Positions 1 through 10,088 of a DNA stretch of 47,688 nucleotides are shown in pieces. Source of the stretch: Minisyncoccia bacterium. GTDB lineage: Bacteria; Patescibacteriota; Minisyncoccia; SW-4-49-11. The position numbers were made by a program, and so were the translations under genes. Each line of letters opens with the position of its first letter. Positions within the stretch are counted from its first letter, which is position 1. The stretch lies in NCBI GenBank assembly GCA_044341565.1, contig JBIIRM010000008.1, positions 1 through 47,688 of the forward strand, written 5' to 3'. The notes under the pieces are model-generated. The model was not told the DNA's origin. It saw nothing but the letters and a program-made list of their open reading frames with translations, and searched no databases.

Positions 1-114
1 CCAGGGTCCTCTGGAGGGAGAATAGCCTTATATTATGGAAGTAATATCTTTAGTGGAACCCTCACTGCAAATGGAGGAGTTGGAGGAGCAGGAGCAGGAA
101 CAATATATCAATAA
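1..114 (+). CDS. 3' end of an upstream CDS (partial), Gly-rich C-terminus
   Basis: Frame 1 reads open from the window edge (PGSSGGRIALYYGSNIFSGTLTANGGVGGAGAGTIYQ) to TAA at 112-114. There is no start codon in the window and no recognisable family. Confidence 0.3.
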   Translation, partial: PGSSGGRIALYYGSNIFSGTLTANGGVGGAGAGTIYQ

Positions 115-127
115 TAAGAATAATAAT

Positions 128-661
128 ATGAAAAAGAAGCTAATCATCGGAATAATCATTATCCTAGTATTAGGGGGAGGTTTGTATTTAGGATATAGTC
201 AAGGATATTTTAACTCTATTATTCCTAATATAGCAAAAGATAATTACCAGTATAAAAGTGAAGAATTAAAGAAAATGTCAGAAGAGGCAGGGATAAATTT
301 AGAGAAAGGAATGGTAGAGCAGCCCAAACAAGAGATACCTTTAGTATATGAGAAACAAAAAGAAGAAGAACTCATAAATAGGAATAGCCCAATATATAAA
401 GGAAAATTAACTATCAATGAAGCTAACAATAAAGAATGGTTAGTAAGAGTAGGAATTCCAACCGAGAAAGATAAAAAGTATGGTATATGGAAACAAGAAG
501 GAAGAACCCCAATAGTATTTATGGAAGAATTAAAATCTTCAGGATATGAAGAATGGGAATACAAAAGTGAAGGGAAGCAGGAATTAAAAGGAGGATTTTA
601 TATTGGAGTTATAGGTGATAATAATACGATTATTGATACCTTATATACGATACAAAAATAA
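128..661 (+). CDS. hypothetical membrane-anchored protein, N-terminal TM helix and Lys/Glu-rich ectodomain
   Basis: The ORF track gives 35..661. An internal ATG at 128 begins MKKKLIIGIIIILVLGGGLYLG, a typical signal-anchor. The 35..127 extension overlaps the upstream gene's 3' end, so 128 is the more plausible start. Confidence 0.5.
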   Translation: MKKKLIIGIIIILVLGGGLYLGYSQGYFNSIIPNIAKDNYQYKSEELKKMSEEAGINLEKGMVEQPKQEIPLVYEKQKEEELINRNSPIYKGKLTINEANNKEWLVRVGIPTEKDKKYGIWKQEGRTPIVFMEELKSSGYEEWEYKSEGKQELKGGFYIGVIGDNNTIIDTLYTIQK

Positions 662-695
662 TATTTCATACTAAATAAAGAAGTACAATAAAAAG

Positions 696-2771
696 ATGCA
701 AAAGCGGATAAAAGGATTTACATTATTAGAAATACTATTAGTAATAGCTGTAATAGGGATATTGGCAGCAATAGTATTGATAGCCATAAATCCAAATCGA
801 CAATTAGCCCAAGCAAGGAATGCAGAGAGAAGAGTAGATCTCAATACATTAAATAAAGGATTAGAACAAATATTAATCGATACGGGTTCATATCCTGCAG
901 GAATAACAGATAGTTATCAAGAAGTATGTGCGACAGGAAATAAAAGTAGTACAACTCCCTTAACAGATGCCCCGAGTGTAGATTGTGCGGGGAAACTAGA
1001 CTTAAGATCATTAATCCCAACATATATAGCAGCAATACCAAGAGACCCTCAATCTACAGGTTCTAGTACAGGATATTATGTAGCAAGAAATAGTAATAAT
1101 AATAGAATAAGTATAAAGAGTACAAATGCAGAACTGTCTCAATCGCTTGCTATTAATGATACAGGACAGAGTATAGGTAGTGGTGGTGATGTGTATTATA
1201 ATAATGTATCACTATTATTGCATATGGAAAATGGGTATACTGATTCTAGCCCCAATAATATTTCTGTTACTCCGGGTACTCCAACTACTTTTGCATATGA
1301 TCCATATTATAAATTTGGTGCAGGATCAGTTGTTTTGAATAATACAACAGATGCTTTTGTAGCAACACATCCAACAGCATTTGCAGTTACAGCAAATGAA
1401 GATTATACAATAGAATTTTGGCTAAAACCAAGTAGTACAGGAGGCTTTCAATATTTGGTATATTGTTATGGATCACTAGTAATATTTAATAACTCAGGTG
1501 GGATTCGTGTTGAACAAAATGGAGGTAATTTTGGATTAGAGGGAGGTAGTTTTGTTGTGGGACAATGGTATCATATTGTTACTACGAAATCTTCTGGTAC
1601 GATGCGATTATTTGTTGATGGGGTTTTAGTTTCAACAACGACTTCTAATACCACAGCTTCTAATCAGACAACTGCAGGTCTAAACCCTGGTCCATTTAGA
1701 TCAGCCAATGGAACTATTGTGGATGAAATTCGATTTACAAAAGGAGTAGCTCGATATACATCTAATTTTACACCTCCAACAGCACAATTTCCTGACTCTT
1801 TTTCAAGCTCACCTCCAACAGCTCCAACTGGATTAGCTGTCAATAATATAGATAATAATCAGATTACTTTAACGTGGAACTCTTCATTGAATTCAGAGAT
1901 AACCAATTATGTAATACAATATAGTAGTGATAATGGTGCAACATGGACTACTTCCACAAACCCAGTTTCAAGTTTACCTCGAAAAACAGTACAGGGATTA
2001 ATAAACGGGTCTACATATTTGTTTAGAGTAGCAGGGGTGAATGCCAATGGAACTGGTTCATATAGTGCTCCAACTAGTGCCTATACCTTACCTGAACTGG
2101 ACACATATTATGCTAATACTCCTACATTACTTCATTTTGATGGAAGTAATGGGAGTACTACATTTACGAATTCAGGGAATACAGCTATGACATTTACTCC
2201 AGCTGGGGGAGCCTCTATTAGTACTGCACAAAGTCAATTAGGTGGAGCTAGTGGACTTCTAAATGGTACAAATGCATGGATTCAAGCTCCATATAGTTCT
2301 ACTTTAGATTTTGATGGAGCCTTCACTTTTGAAGGATACTTTAGATTATCGAGTTTACCTGGTAGTATGATACTTTATTCTCGGGCGCAATCAACATGGG
2401 GTATTCCTATAGAGTCAGCTTTTTACCTCACATCTCCTACAAATGTTAATTTGTATTATGGACTCAGAGGATCCTGGATGCAACTAAGAAGTTTTACATT
2501 ACCGCAAACGCTTGTTACTAATCAATGGTATCATATTGCTATTACAAGAGATAGTAATAGTTTGTTAAGAGTATGGTTAGATGGTATCTCATCATCTAAT
2601 TTATATACTGATAATATAAATTTATCAGGAGCACATCCTCTCTATATTGGAGCATTTTTTGACGGTAGCTCATTGTTTAACGGTAATTTGGATGAATTTA
2701 GATTTACAAAAGGAGTTGCACGATATACTGCTCCATTTGTACCTCCTATAGCTCCATTTGCAAATAATTAA
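696..2771 (+). CDS. large type IV pilin-like (prepilin N-terminal methylation motif) protein with FN3 and two LamG/concanavalin-A-like lectin domains
   Basis: The N-terminus MQKRIKG|FTLLEILLVIAVIGILAAIVL is a canonical class III (PilD-processed) leader with G/F-T-L-x-E. The segment PTAPTGLAVNN..ITLTWN..YVIQYSSDNGATWT looks FN3-like. Two segments follow the pattern YTIEFW.KP...WYHI....S....R..VDG, and each ends in RFTKGVARYT. Confidence 0.7.
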   Translation: MQKRIKGFTLLEILLVIAVIGILAAIVLIAINPNRQLAQARNAERRVDLNTLNKGLEQILIDTGSYPAGITDSYQEVCATGNKSSTTPLTDAPSVDCAGKLDLRSLIPTYIAAIPRDPQSTGSSTGYYVARNSNNNRISIKSTNAELSQSLAINDTGQSIGSGGDVYYNNVSLLLHMENGYTDSSPNNISVTPGTPTTFAYDPYYKFGAGSVVLNNTTDAFVATHPTAFAVTANEDYTIEFWLKPSSTGGFQYLVYCYGSLVIFNNSGGIRVEQNGGNFGLEGGSFVVGQWYHIVTTKSSGTMRLFVDGVLVSTTTSNTTASNQTTAGLNPGPFRSANGTIVDEIRFTKGVARYTSNFTPPTAQFPDSFSSSPPTAPTGLAVNNIDNNQITLTWNSSLNSEITNYVIQYSSDNGATWTTSTNPVSSLPRKTVQGLINGSTYLFRVAGVNANGTGSYSAPTSAYTLPELDTYYANTPTLLHFDGSNGSTTFTNSGNTAMTFTPAGGASISTAQSQLGGASGLLNGTNAWIQAPYSSTLDFDGAFTFEGYFRLSSLPGSMILYSRAQSTWGIPIESAFYLTSPTNVNLYYGLRGSWMQLRSFTLPQTLVTNQWYHIAITRDSNSLLRVWLDGISSSNLYTDNINLSGAHPLYIGAFFDGSSLFNGNLDEFRFTKGVARYTAPFVPPIAPFANN

Positions 2772-2829
2772 ATATGCATTGAGTCAATCTACTCAGTATG
2801 ATATACTATATCTATTGAATAGATACTAT

Positions 2830-3207
2830 ATGATAAGTGTATTTACGAAAATAAGAAATAAAGAAATCCCAGGAATTATATTTGATGATAATGGTGATTT
2901 TTTTGTAATACATAGTAATAATCCTGCTCAATTGGGACATTTACTCGTAATTCCTTATCAAGAAATAGATTATATTTTTGATTTAGAGACAGATTCTTAC
3001 CATAAATTATGGGATTATGTAAAGCAAATAGCAACTCGATTACAAAATATTACAGGAGCTAAAAAAATAGGAATTAGAGTAGAGGGATTAGAGGTAGCTC
3101 ACACACATATTCATCTTATCCCTATTAATCAGGCAGGGGATTTAGAAAATTCTACTCAAATTAGTGAAGAGAATATACAGCAATTATACCAACAATTCAA
3201 ACAATAA
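2830..3207 (+). CDS. HIT family (histidine triad) hydrolase
   Basis: The HxHxHxx triad is present as VAHTHIHLIP near the C-terminus. The ORF track starts at 2758 and the internal Met at 2830 avoids overlap with the upstream gene. The start is uncertain. Confidence 0.6.
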   Translation: MISVFTKIRNKEIPGIIFDDNGDFFVIHSNNPAQLGHLLVIPYQEIDYIFDLETDSYHKLWDYVKQIATRLQNITGAKKIGIRVEGLEVAHTHIHLIPINQAGDLENSTQISEENIQQLYQQFKQ

Positions 3208-3208
3208 T

Positions 3209-5365
3209 ATGCCAAAAAAGAAAACAACAGCCAATAAACCAAAAATCAAATCAGAAGCAAAGCGTTCCATTGTAGGAGTTATATTAATTGCCATTGCTTT
3301 ACTGAGTTTTTTGTCATTCTTCTCATCAGCGGGAGTATTCGGGAAGGGACTTAATGGGGGTATTGGATTTCTTTTTGGTGTAGGTAAATTCATATTACCA
3401 TTTGCATTACTTTATATAGGGCTTACATTATTAGCTCGGCCAAAGGATAGGGGATTATATTATTTTCAACTATTCGTATTAATTATGGGACTATTATTAT
3501 TCTTAGGATTAATACAATTAATACAATTCTCAGATGCAAAAGAATCATTAGCTGAGGCCCAAAAAGGGCTTGGGGGTGGCTATATAGGTCATTATGTAAG
3601 TGTAGGAACGCAATATATATTTGGGTATTGGGGCGCTTTTGTAGCATTAATCACAGGATTTATTACAGCAGGTATTATTGTGATGAATCAATCTATTCAT
3701 CTTGACGGTATAGTAGATTGGATAAAAGAAGTATTTGCTCCTAATAATAGCGAAAATACTATTGCTATTGCTCCCACAGATACATCAGAGGTAAAGGCAG
3801 AAAATACTCGAATATTTCATCAAGATGCAGAAGATGAGGATAAATTAGATAACAAAAAAGTTGCTGATAAGGGGAATATTATTCCAAAAACTCCTGAATG
3901 GATGACAGAAAGTTTATTTAATTTACCCACAGTTGACTTACTAGAAAAAGGAAAAACAGATGATATTGCCCAAAGTGGAGATACCAAAAAAAGCTCAGAA
4001 ATTATTAAAAGTACTTTATCCACATTTGGTATTGAGGTGGAAATGGGGAAAATTGATGTGGGTCCATCAGTAACTCGATTTATGTTACGCCCTTCCAATG
4101 GAATTAAATTATCTCGTATTACATCATTACAAAGTGATTTGGCTCTTGCAATGGCAGCACAGGCTATTCGTATAGAAGCACCTATTCCGGGAATGTCATA
4201 TGTTGGGGTAGAAACTCCAAATGCTAAGCGGGCTACTGTCAGAATTCGCAATATTTTTGAATCAAAAGAATTTAATGAAAATGATTTCCATTTGCCACTT
4301 GCACTTGGACTTGATGTTATGAATAAAGTTATTGTATTTCCGCTAGAGAAAATGCCTCATTTATTAATTGCAGGAGCAACAGGAGCAGGTAAATCTATGG
4401 GATTGAATGCTATGATATTGAGTATGCTATACAAAAATCCTCCATCCAAGCTTAAATTTATTTTTATTGATCCAAAACGAGTAGAATTATCTACATATAA
4501 TGGTATTCCTCATCTCCTAACCCCTGCTATTGTGAGTCCTGAAAAGGCAATGAATGCTCTTAATTGGTGTGTAACAGAAATGGAAAGACGATATGAAGTA
4601 TTGGCTCGTATGGGTTCTCGTAATATTTTTACCTATAATGAAAAAATTGCCTCAGGAACTATTAAAGCTGGAGAAGATGAACAAGAATATGAAATTATGC
4701 CATTTATTGTAGTAGTAATTGATGAACTTGCTGATTTGATGAGTAGTCATAAAAAAGAAGTTGAGGGCTCTATTGTGCGTATTGCACAAATGGCAAGAGC
4801 AGTCGGAATACATCTTATTCTTGCTACACAAAGACCATCAACTGATGTTATTACGGGTCTAATTAAAGCTAATTTACCTTCTCGAGTAAGTTTTCAAGTA
4901 GCTTCCCAAATTGATTCAAGAACTGTTTTGGATATGATGGGAGCAGAAAAATTATTAGGAATGGGGGATATGCTATTCCTAGGGGGAGATCTTGGTAAGC
5001 CGCAGCGTATACAAGGGGCTTTTGTACCAGAGCATGAAGTAAAGGCAGTGGTAGAATGGCTAAAAAGTCAAGGGGAAAACGAATATAATCTAGCTATTAC
5101 AGAAACTGATACTCCAAAACAAATATATCATGATGGGGGAGTTGATTATGGGGAGGGAACAGATCAATTATTCGAACAGGCAAAAGATTTAGTATTACAA
5201 ACAGGCAAAGGTTCAGCCTCATTATTACAAAGAAGATTAAAGGTTGGATATGCCAGGGCCGCCCGATTATTAGATGAATTAGAAGAAGCAGGAATAGTTG
5301 GTCCGGCTGAAGGTTCAAAACCTCGAGAAGTATTTTCAGATGGACATATTGAAGAAAATGAGTAA
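3209..5365 (+). CDS. ftsK: DNA translocase FtsK/SpoIIIE
   Basis: Four N-terminal TM helices are followed by Walker A GATGAGKS, Walker B VVIDELADLM, and a C-terminal gamma domain (LLQRRLKVGYARAARLLDELEEAGIVGP). The ORF track starts at 3164 and the Met at 3209 abuts the stop of the HIT gene. Confidence 0.85.
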   Translation: MPKKKTTANKPKIKSEAKRSIVGVILIAIALLSFLSFFSSAGVFGKGLNGGIGFLFGVGKFILPFALLYIGLTLLARPKDRGLYYFQLFVLIMGLLLFLGLIQLIQFSDAKESLAEAQKGLGGGYIGHYVSVGTQYIFGYWGAFVALITGFITAGIIVMNQSIHLDGIVDWIKEVFAPNNSENTIAIAPTDTSEVKAENTRIFHQDAEDEDKLDNKKVADKGNIIPKTPEWMTESLFNLPTVDLLEKGKTDDIAQSGDTKKSSEIIKSTLSTFGIEVEMGKIDVGPSVTRFMLRPSNGIKLSRITSLQSDLALAMAAQAIRIEAPIPGMSYVGVETPNAKRATVRIRNIFESKEFNENDFHLPLALGLDVMNKVIVFPLEKMPHLLIAGATGAGKSMGLNAMILSMLYKNPPSKLKFIFIDPKRVELSTYNGIPHLLTPAIVSPEKAMNALNWCVTEMERRYEVLARMGSRNIFTYNEKIASGTIKAGEDEQEYEIMPFIVVVIDELADLMSSHKKEVEGSIVRIAQMARAVGIHLILATQRPSTDVITGLIKANLPSRVSFQVASQIDSRTVLDMMGAEKLLGMGDMLFLGGDLGKPQRIQGAFVPEHEVKAVVEWLKSQGENEYNLAITETDTPKQIYHDGGVDYGEGTDQLFEQAKDLVLQTGKGSASLLQRRLKVGYARAARLLDELEEAGIVGPAEGSKPREVFSDGHIEENE

Positions 5366-5987
5366 AGAGAAAATTACATTAGGATATGTCCTTACAAAAT
5401 ATCGGCTAAAGTCGAATTTAACCACGGAACAATTAGCTGATAAATTATCTATTGAAGAAAAATATCTAATTGCTCTTGAAAAAGGAGATTATCATGAATT
5501 TACTTCATTAAATCAACCCTTTCCCATTATTAAGAGGCTAAGTTATGTATTTGGACTTAAATATAATGTTTTAATCGAATTATATCATCAAGAATATGAA
5601 ATTTATATACATCAATTAGATCAAAAAAAAGCAAAACCTAAACTGATTATTAGTCATACTATGATGAGAATGTTTATAGGTATTACTATAGGATTGATTG
5701 TCGTAATATATTTAGGAATACAAGTATATCAATTAGGATATACTCCGGTATTAACACTTAATAATAAAGATAGCTATGAAATTAATAATAATACAGAATA
5801 TACTTTGACAGGAGATATATCAAGAGCGGGACAATTGACTTTAAATGGACAAAAGGTTACACTTAAAGAAGATGGGAAATTTGAAGTTATATTATCCCTA
5901 AGAGATGGAGAAAATAGATTAGAATTACAAGTTTCAAAAGATAATAAACCATTAAAAACAACACAAAAAATTGTGTATAAACAATAA
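5358..5987 (+). CDS. XRE-type HTH membrane protein (RodZ-like topology)
   Basis: An N-terminal HTH (LTTEQLADKLSIEEKYLIALEKGDY) is followed by a single TM helix (IGITIGLIVVIYLGI) and an extracytoplasmic tail. The likely start MSKEK at 5358 overlaps the ftsK stop by 8 nt, and the track ORF begins at 5298. Confidence 0.45.
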   Translation: MSKEKITLGYVLTKYRLKSNLTTEQLADKLSIEEKYLIALEKGDYHEFTSLNQPFPIIKRLSYVFGLKYNVLIELYHQEYEIYIHQLDQKKAKPKLIISHTMMRMFIGITIGLIVVIYLGIQVYQLGYTPVLTLNNKDSYEINNNTEYTLTGDISRAGQLTLNGQKVTLKEDGKFEVILSLRDGENRLELQVSKDNKPLKTTQKIVYKQ

Positions 5988-5992
5988 ATACT

Positions 5993-7234
5993 ATGTCAAT
6001 CAAGCATATTTTTGGCTATGAAATATTAGACTCAAGGGGAAATCCTACTACTGCGAGTTTAGTAGAATTAGAAGATGGGAGCAAGGCGATAGCCTATGTG
6101 CCTTCAGGAGCATCAACCGGAGCTCATGAGGCAGTTGAACTTCGAGATGGAGATGAAAAACGATATCAGGGTCAGGGAGTATTGCGAGCAGTACATAATA
6201 TTAATACAGAAATTGCAACAGCTCTCATCGGTAAAGATAATTCAAAGCAAAGAGAATTAGATAATCTTTTAATAGCATTAGATGGTACTCCAAATAAGGC
6301 GAAACTCGGTGCTAATGCTATATTAGCTGTATCCCTAGCTCTTGCTCGTGCTACAGCAATTTCCCAAAAAAAAGAATTATATCAATATATTCGAGAATTA
6401 TATGGTAATGATATGGGGGTAGATAAGGTATTCCCACAAATTGGATTTAATGTATTGAATGGAGGTAAACATGCTGATTCAGGTCTAGATATCCAAGAAT
6501 ATATGATAATACCTCAAAAAGATTCAATAGCTGAGAATATTCGTGTTGCCTCTGAAATTTATCATACTCTCAAAAAGATTTTGGCAAAACAAGGACAAGT
6601 AACAGCTGTTGGTGATGAAGGTGGTTTTGCACCTCATTTAGATAATAATGAAGAGGGTCTCAAATTATTAGTACAAGCCATTACAGAAGCAGGATATATT
6701 CCAGGAACAGATTGTAGTATTGCCCTAGATGCTGCTGCTACTGAGTTTTTCTCAGCTGACAGCAATTTGTATACTCTTGATAAAAAACAGCATACAGCTT
6801 CAGAACTGGCAGAAATATATCATAATTGGATACAACAATATCCTATTGTCTCCCTAGAAGATCCTTTTGCAGAAGATGATTTTGCTTCTTGGCAAGCATT
6901 TAGGCAAAAAATGAGTCCGGAACTTCGATTAGTAGGGGATGATTTATTAGTGACGAATACTCAGCGTATTCAAGAAGCTATTGATAAGCAATTATGTAAT
7001 TCTGTTCTCATTAAACCAAATCAAATTGGGACTTTGACTGAAGTAATTGATGCTATTCAATTAGCACATCAAAATCAATTCACCACCATGATATCACATC
7101 GTAGTGGGGAGACTATTGATACCTTTATATCAGATTTAGCAGTTGCAAGTCGCTCAGCCTATATGAAGGCTGGAGCTCCAGCCAGAGCCGAAAGGGTAAG
7201 TAAATATAATCGATTATTAGAAATATCTTATTAA
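5993..7234 (+). CDS. eno: enolase (phosphopyruvate hydratase)
   Basis: The N-terminus MSIKHIFGYEILDSRGNPTT is the classic enolase start. The enolase signature region (LIKPNQIGTLTE) is present and the protein is full length at about 413 aa. Confidence 0.95.
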   Translation: MSIKHIFGYEILDSRGNPTTASLVELEDGSKAIAYVPSGASTGAHEAVELRDGDEKRYQGQGVLRAVHNINTEIATALIGKDNSKQRELDNLLIALDGTPNKAKLGANAILAVSLALARATAISQKKELYQYIRELYGNDMGVDKVFPQIGFNVLNGGKHADSGLDIQEYMIIPQKDSIAENIRVASEIYHTLKKILAKQGQVTAVGDEGGFAPHLDNNEEGLKLLVQAITEAGYIPGTDCSIALDAAATEFFSADSNLYTLDKKQHTASELAEIYHNWIQQYPIVSLEDPFAEDDFASWQAFRQKMSPELRLVGDDLLVTNTQRIQEAIDKQLCNSVLIKPNQIGTLTEVIDAIQLAHQNQFTTMISHRSGETIDTFISDLAVASRSAYMKAGAPARAERVSKYNRLLEISY

Positions 7235-7235
7235 T

Positions 7236-8207
7236 ATGATAGCAAGAAAAGCATATAGGATTTTACTTGTAGATGATGATGAACTAGTTCGGAGTATATA
7301 CTCAGAAAGATTAGCTCAAGAACCTGATTTTGTAATTGATACTGCAATAGATGGGGCTGATGGGCTTACTAAAATACAAGAAAATGATTATGATTTAATA
7401 TTCTCAGGAATACAAATGCCAAATCTCACAGGATTTGAATTATTTGAAAAATTACAAGGGAATGCAGAATGGATAACAATTCCATTTATAATATTTAGCC
7501 ATTTAGGAAGAATAGAAGATGTTCAAAGAGCTCATGATTTAGGTGTACAGCATTTTATTGTGAGAGGACAGGCAACCCCTAATGATATTACGCAAAAAAT
7601 TCGAGATATTCTCGTTGAAAGTGAGGAGTTGAAAATAGGAGCTATTACCCGATCACATATACTCATTGTAGAAGATGATCCAATTATACTCTCAACTTAT
7701 ATTGGACGATTTCAGGCAGAATCAAATTTTATGGTTGACTCTGCTGTGGATGGGGCAGATGCTTTAGCTAAAATCAAGCAAAATGTATATGATTTGATAT
7801 TTTCAGGAATACAAATGCCGAATCTTACAGGATTTCAATTATTCGAAGTCCTACAACAAGATGAAAAATACAAAAAAATCCCAGTAGTACTATTTAGTCA
7901 TTTAGGAAGAATAGAAGATATTGAAAATGCACATAGATTAGGGGTAAAACATGTCATTGTGAGAGGAGAAACTACCCCAAATGATGTGGTAAATAAAATA
8001 CAGGATATTCTTGATGTTAAAGATAAGAATTATAATTTGAGTATTAGTAAGAATTCTCCTGATTATGCAGAATTCATCAAGTTATTTTTTGGAGTAGATT
8101 GTGTAGAATATCAAGATATGGATACAACTCCTATTACTATTACTCTACAACAATCATCAGAACCCTATATATTTACTATAGAATTGAATTGTAAAAACCC
8201 CAAATAA
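7236..8207 (+). CDS. tandem double receiver (REC)-like domain protein, both domains atypical
   Basis: Two internally duplicated CheY-like domains are present, LLVDDDELV... and ILIVEDDPII.... In both, the position of the phospho-acceptor Asp reads DLIFSGIQMP, where the CheY D57 equivalent is Gly. There is no output domain. Confidence 0.65.
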   Translation: MIARKAYRILLVDDDELVRSIYSERLAQEPDFVIDTAIDGADGLTKIQENDYDLIFSGIQMPNLTGFELFEKLQGNAEWITIPFIIFSHLGRIEDVQRAHDLGVQHFIVRGQATPNDITQKIRDILVESEELKIGAITRSHILIVEDDPIILSTYIGRFQAESNFMVDSAVDGADALAKIKQNVYDLIFSGIQMPNLTGFQLFEVLQQDEKYKKIPVVLFSHLGRIEDIENAHRLGVKHVIVRGETTPNDVVNKIQDILDVKDKNYNLSISKNSPDYAEFIKLFFGVDCVEYQDMDTTPITITLQQSSEPYIFTIELNCKNPK

Positions 8208-8213
8208 AATTAT

Positions 8214-10043
8214 ATGCAATCAAAATATAAATGGCATATAAAGCCAGCTATTACAAAAGATATCATCAATAGCTATCCAGAATTAAATCCTATTATTTTA
8301 CAATTATTATGGAATAGAGATATTCAGGCTACCAAGGATATAGATAATTTTATTAATTCTGATTATCAAGATTTATTGAATCCATTTTTGATATTGGATA
8401 TGCAAAAAAGCATAGATAGAATTATTGAAGCTTTACAGAAAAAAGAAAAAATTATTATTTTTGGAGATTATGATGCCGATGGAGTAACAGGAAGTACTAT
8501 TTTGTATCAGGGGCTAAAAACAGTATATTTTGCTTTGAATCAAAAAGGTGGATTCCAATTAGGAGATAAAGATATTACAGAATTTGATACATATGTTGAG
8601 GTATATATTCCAGATAGACATAAAGAAGGATATGGATTAAAAGATGAGGGAGTGGCCTATATTTTGTCTCAAAAGCCCAATATAGTTATTACCGTTGATT
8701 GTGGAGTAAGAAGTGCTAAGGAAATTGAAATAATACAAGAATCAGGAATTGATGTCATTGTAGTAGATCATCATTCGGTACCCGAAGAAATGCCTCCAGC
8801 ATTTGGAATTATTGTACCAAAACGAAAAGGAGATCCTTATCCCTTTAAAGAATTATGTGGAGCTGGACTCGCCTTTAAGGTTATTACTGCTCTTTTGAGT
8901 GAGGTCAGAACCAAAATAGGATATGACAGTATACCATTGGGATATGAAAAATGGCTTTTAGATTTAGCTGCTATTGGAACTATTGCTGATATGGTACCAC
9001 TTGTGGGGGAGAATAGAATTCTCGTTAGATATGGGCTTTATGTGCTCGCTAAGACTCGAAATATAGGGCTACAAGCCTTGATTGAAGAAACAGGTATTAT
9101 GCCTGAAGTTGATGAAATAGATGGTGTGGAGTCAGCTAATATTAGTGTATATTCAGTAGGATTTCAAATAGCTCCTCGTATTAATGCTGCGGGAAGAATT
9201 GCACATGCTAATCAAGCTTTTAAACTTTTTACTACGCAGGATATAACTGAGGCACAACATTTGGCTCAAGAATTACAAAAGCTCAATGATCATAGAAAAA
9301 GTCTTACTGATACAGTTCTCAAAGAAGTGGAAGCAAAATTAGCCCAATATGATGATATTTCTCAATTAGCAGTTATTTTTGAAGGAGATAAAAATTGGTC
9401 AATTGGTGTATTGGGGATAGTTGCTTCAAGATTAGTAGAAAAATATTATAGGCCAGTGATTTTGTATCAGGAACAGCCCCATCATAATGTCGCCTCAGCT
9501 CGAAGTATTCCAGAATTTAATATTGCTGATGCGGTACAAAATATGCAAGATATTATTATTTCAGGAGGAGGACATAGTCAAGCAGCAGGATTATCATTTG
9601 ATACTCATCAAACTGATGCTGTCAAAGAATCATTGCAAAGTCAAATTCGTAAGCAAGTTGATATTAATAGTTTATCCCCCTATAAAAAAGTAGATATAGA
9701 ATTATCAGCCGAAGCTGTAGACTGGGATTTATATGATACCTTTTATAAATTGGCTCCATTTGGTATGCAAAATCCAAATCCAGTATTTTTGGTGCGTAAA
9801 TTAAGAATAACTGATATTAAACCACTTGGAAAAGAACAAAATCATGTCAAATTACAATTGATATCAGAAGCTCAAGCAGGAAGGCCATTAACTATTTCTG
9901 CCATTGGATTTAATTTTGCTTATGTTTTGGATAAACTGCATCGTAATGATATTATTGATCTTGTATTTCGTCTAGAAATCAATGAATGGGGAGGCAATAG
10001 AGAATTGCAACTTCATATTATTGATTTGGCTTCTAGCGAATAA
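8214..10043 (+). CDS. recJ: single-stranded-DNA-specific exonuclease RecJ (DHH/DHHA1)
   Basis: The DHH family motifs GDYDADGVTGS and VVDHHS are present. The length and C-terminal region are RecJ-like. Confidence 0.8.
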   Translation: MQSKYKWHIKPAITKDIINSYPELNPIILQLLWNRDIQATKDIDNFINSDYQDLLNPFLILDMQKSIDRIIEALQKKEKIIIFGDYDADGVTGSTILYQGLKTVYFALNQKGGFQLGDKDITEFDTYVEVYIPDRHKEGYGLKDEGVAYILSQKPNIVITVDCGVRSAKEIEIIQESGIDVIVVDHHSVPEEMPPAFGIIVPKRKGDPYPFKELCGAGLAFKVITALLSEVRTKIGYDSIPLGYEKWLLDLAAIGTIADMVPLVGENRILVRYGLYVLAKTRNIGLQALIEETGIMPEVDEIDGVESANISVYSVGFQIAPRINAAGRIAHANQAFKLFTTQDITEAQHLAQELQKLNDHRKSLTDTVLKEVEAKLAQYDDISQLAVIFEGDKNWSIGVLGIVASRLVEKYYRPVILYQEQPHHNVASARSIPEFNIADAVQNMQDIIISGGGHSQAAGLSFDTHQTDAVKESLQSQIRKQVDINSLSPYKKVDIELSAEAVDWDLYDTFYKLAPFGMQNPNPVFLVRKLRITDIKPLGKEQNHVKLQLISEAQAGRPLTISAIGFNFAYVLDKLHRNDIIDLVFRLEINEWGGNRELQLHIIDLASSE

Positions 10044-10088
10044 GAATACAGTTGCTCTTTTGTCAAAAACCCTTATAATAAAGAGTAT

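Noticed and set aside
244-564. Antisense ORFs of 60-140 aa inside pilin, ftsK, priA, metG, gyrA, fusA and the RND gene
   Set aside because: Examples include 244-564, 841-1041, 3820-4251, 12922-13212, 27218-27412, 41675-41983 and 44998-45336. They lie entirely within, and antisense or out of frame to, well-supported long genes. They are typical of spurious ORFs in AT-rich DNA.
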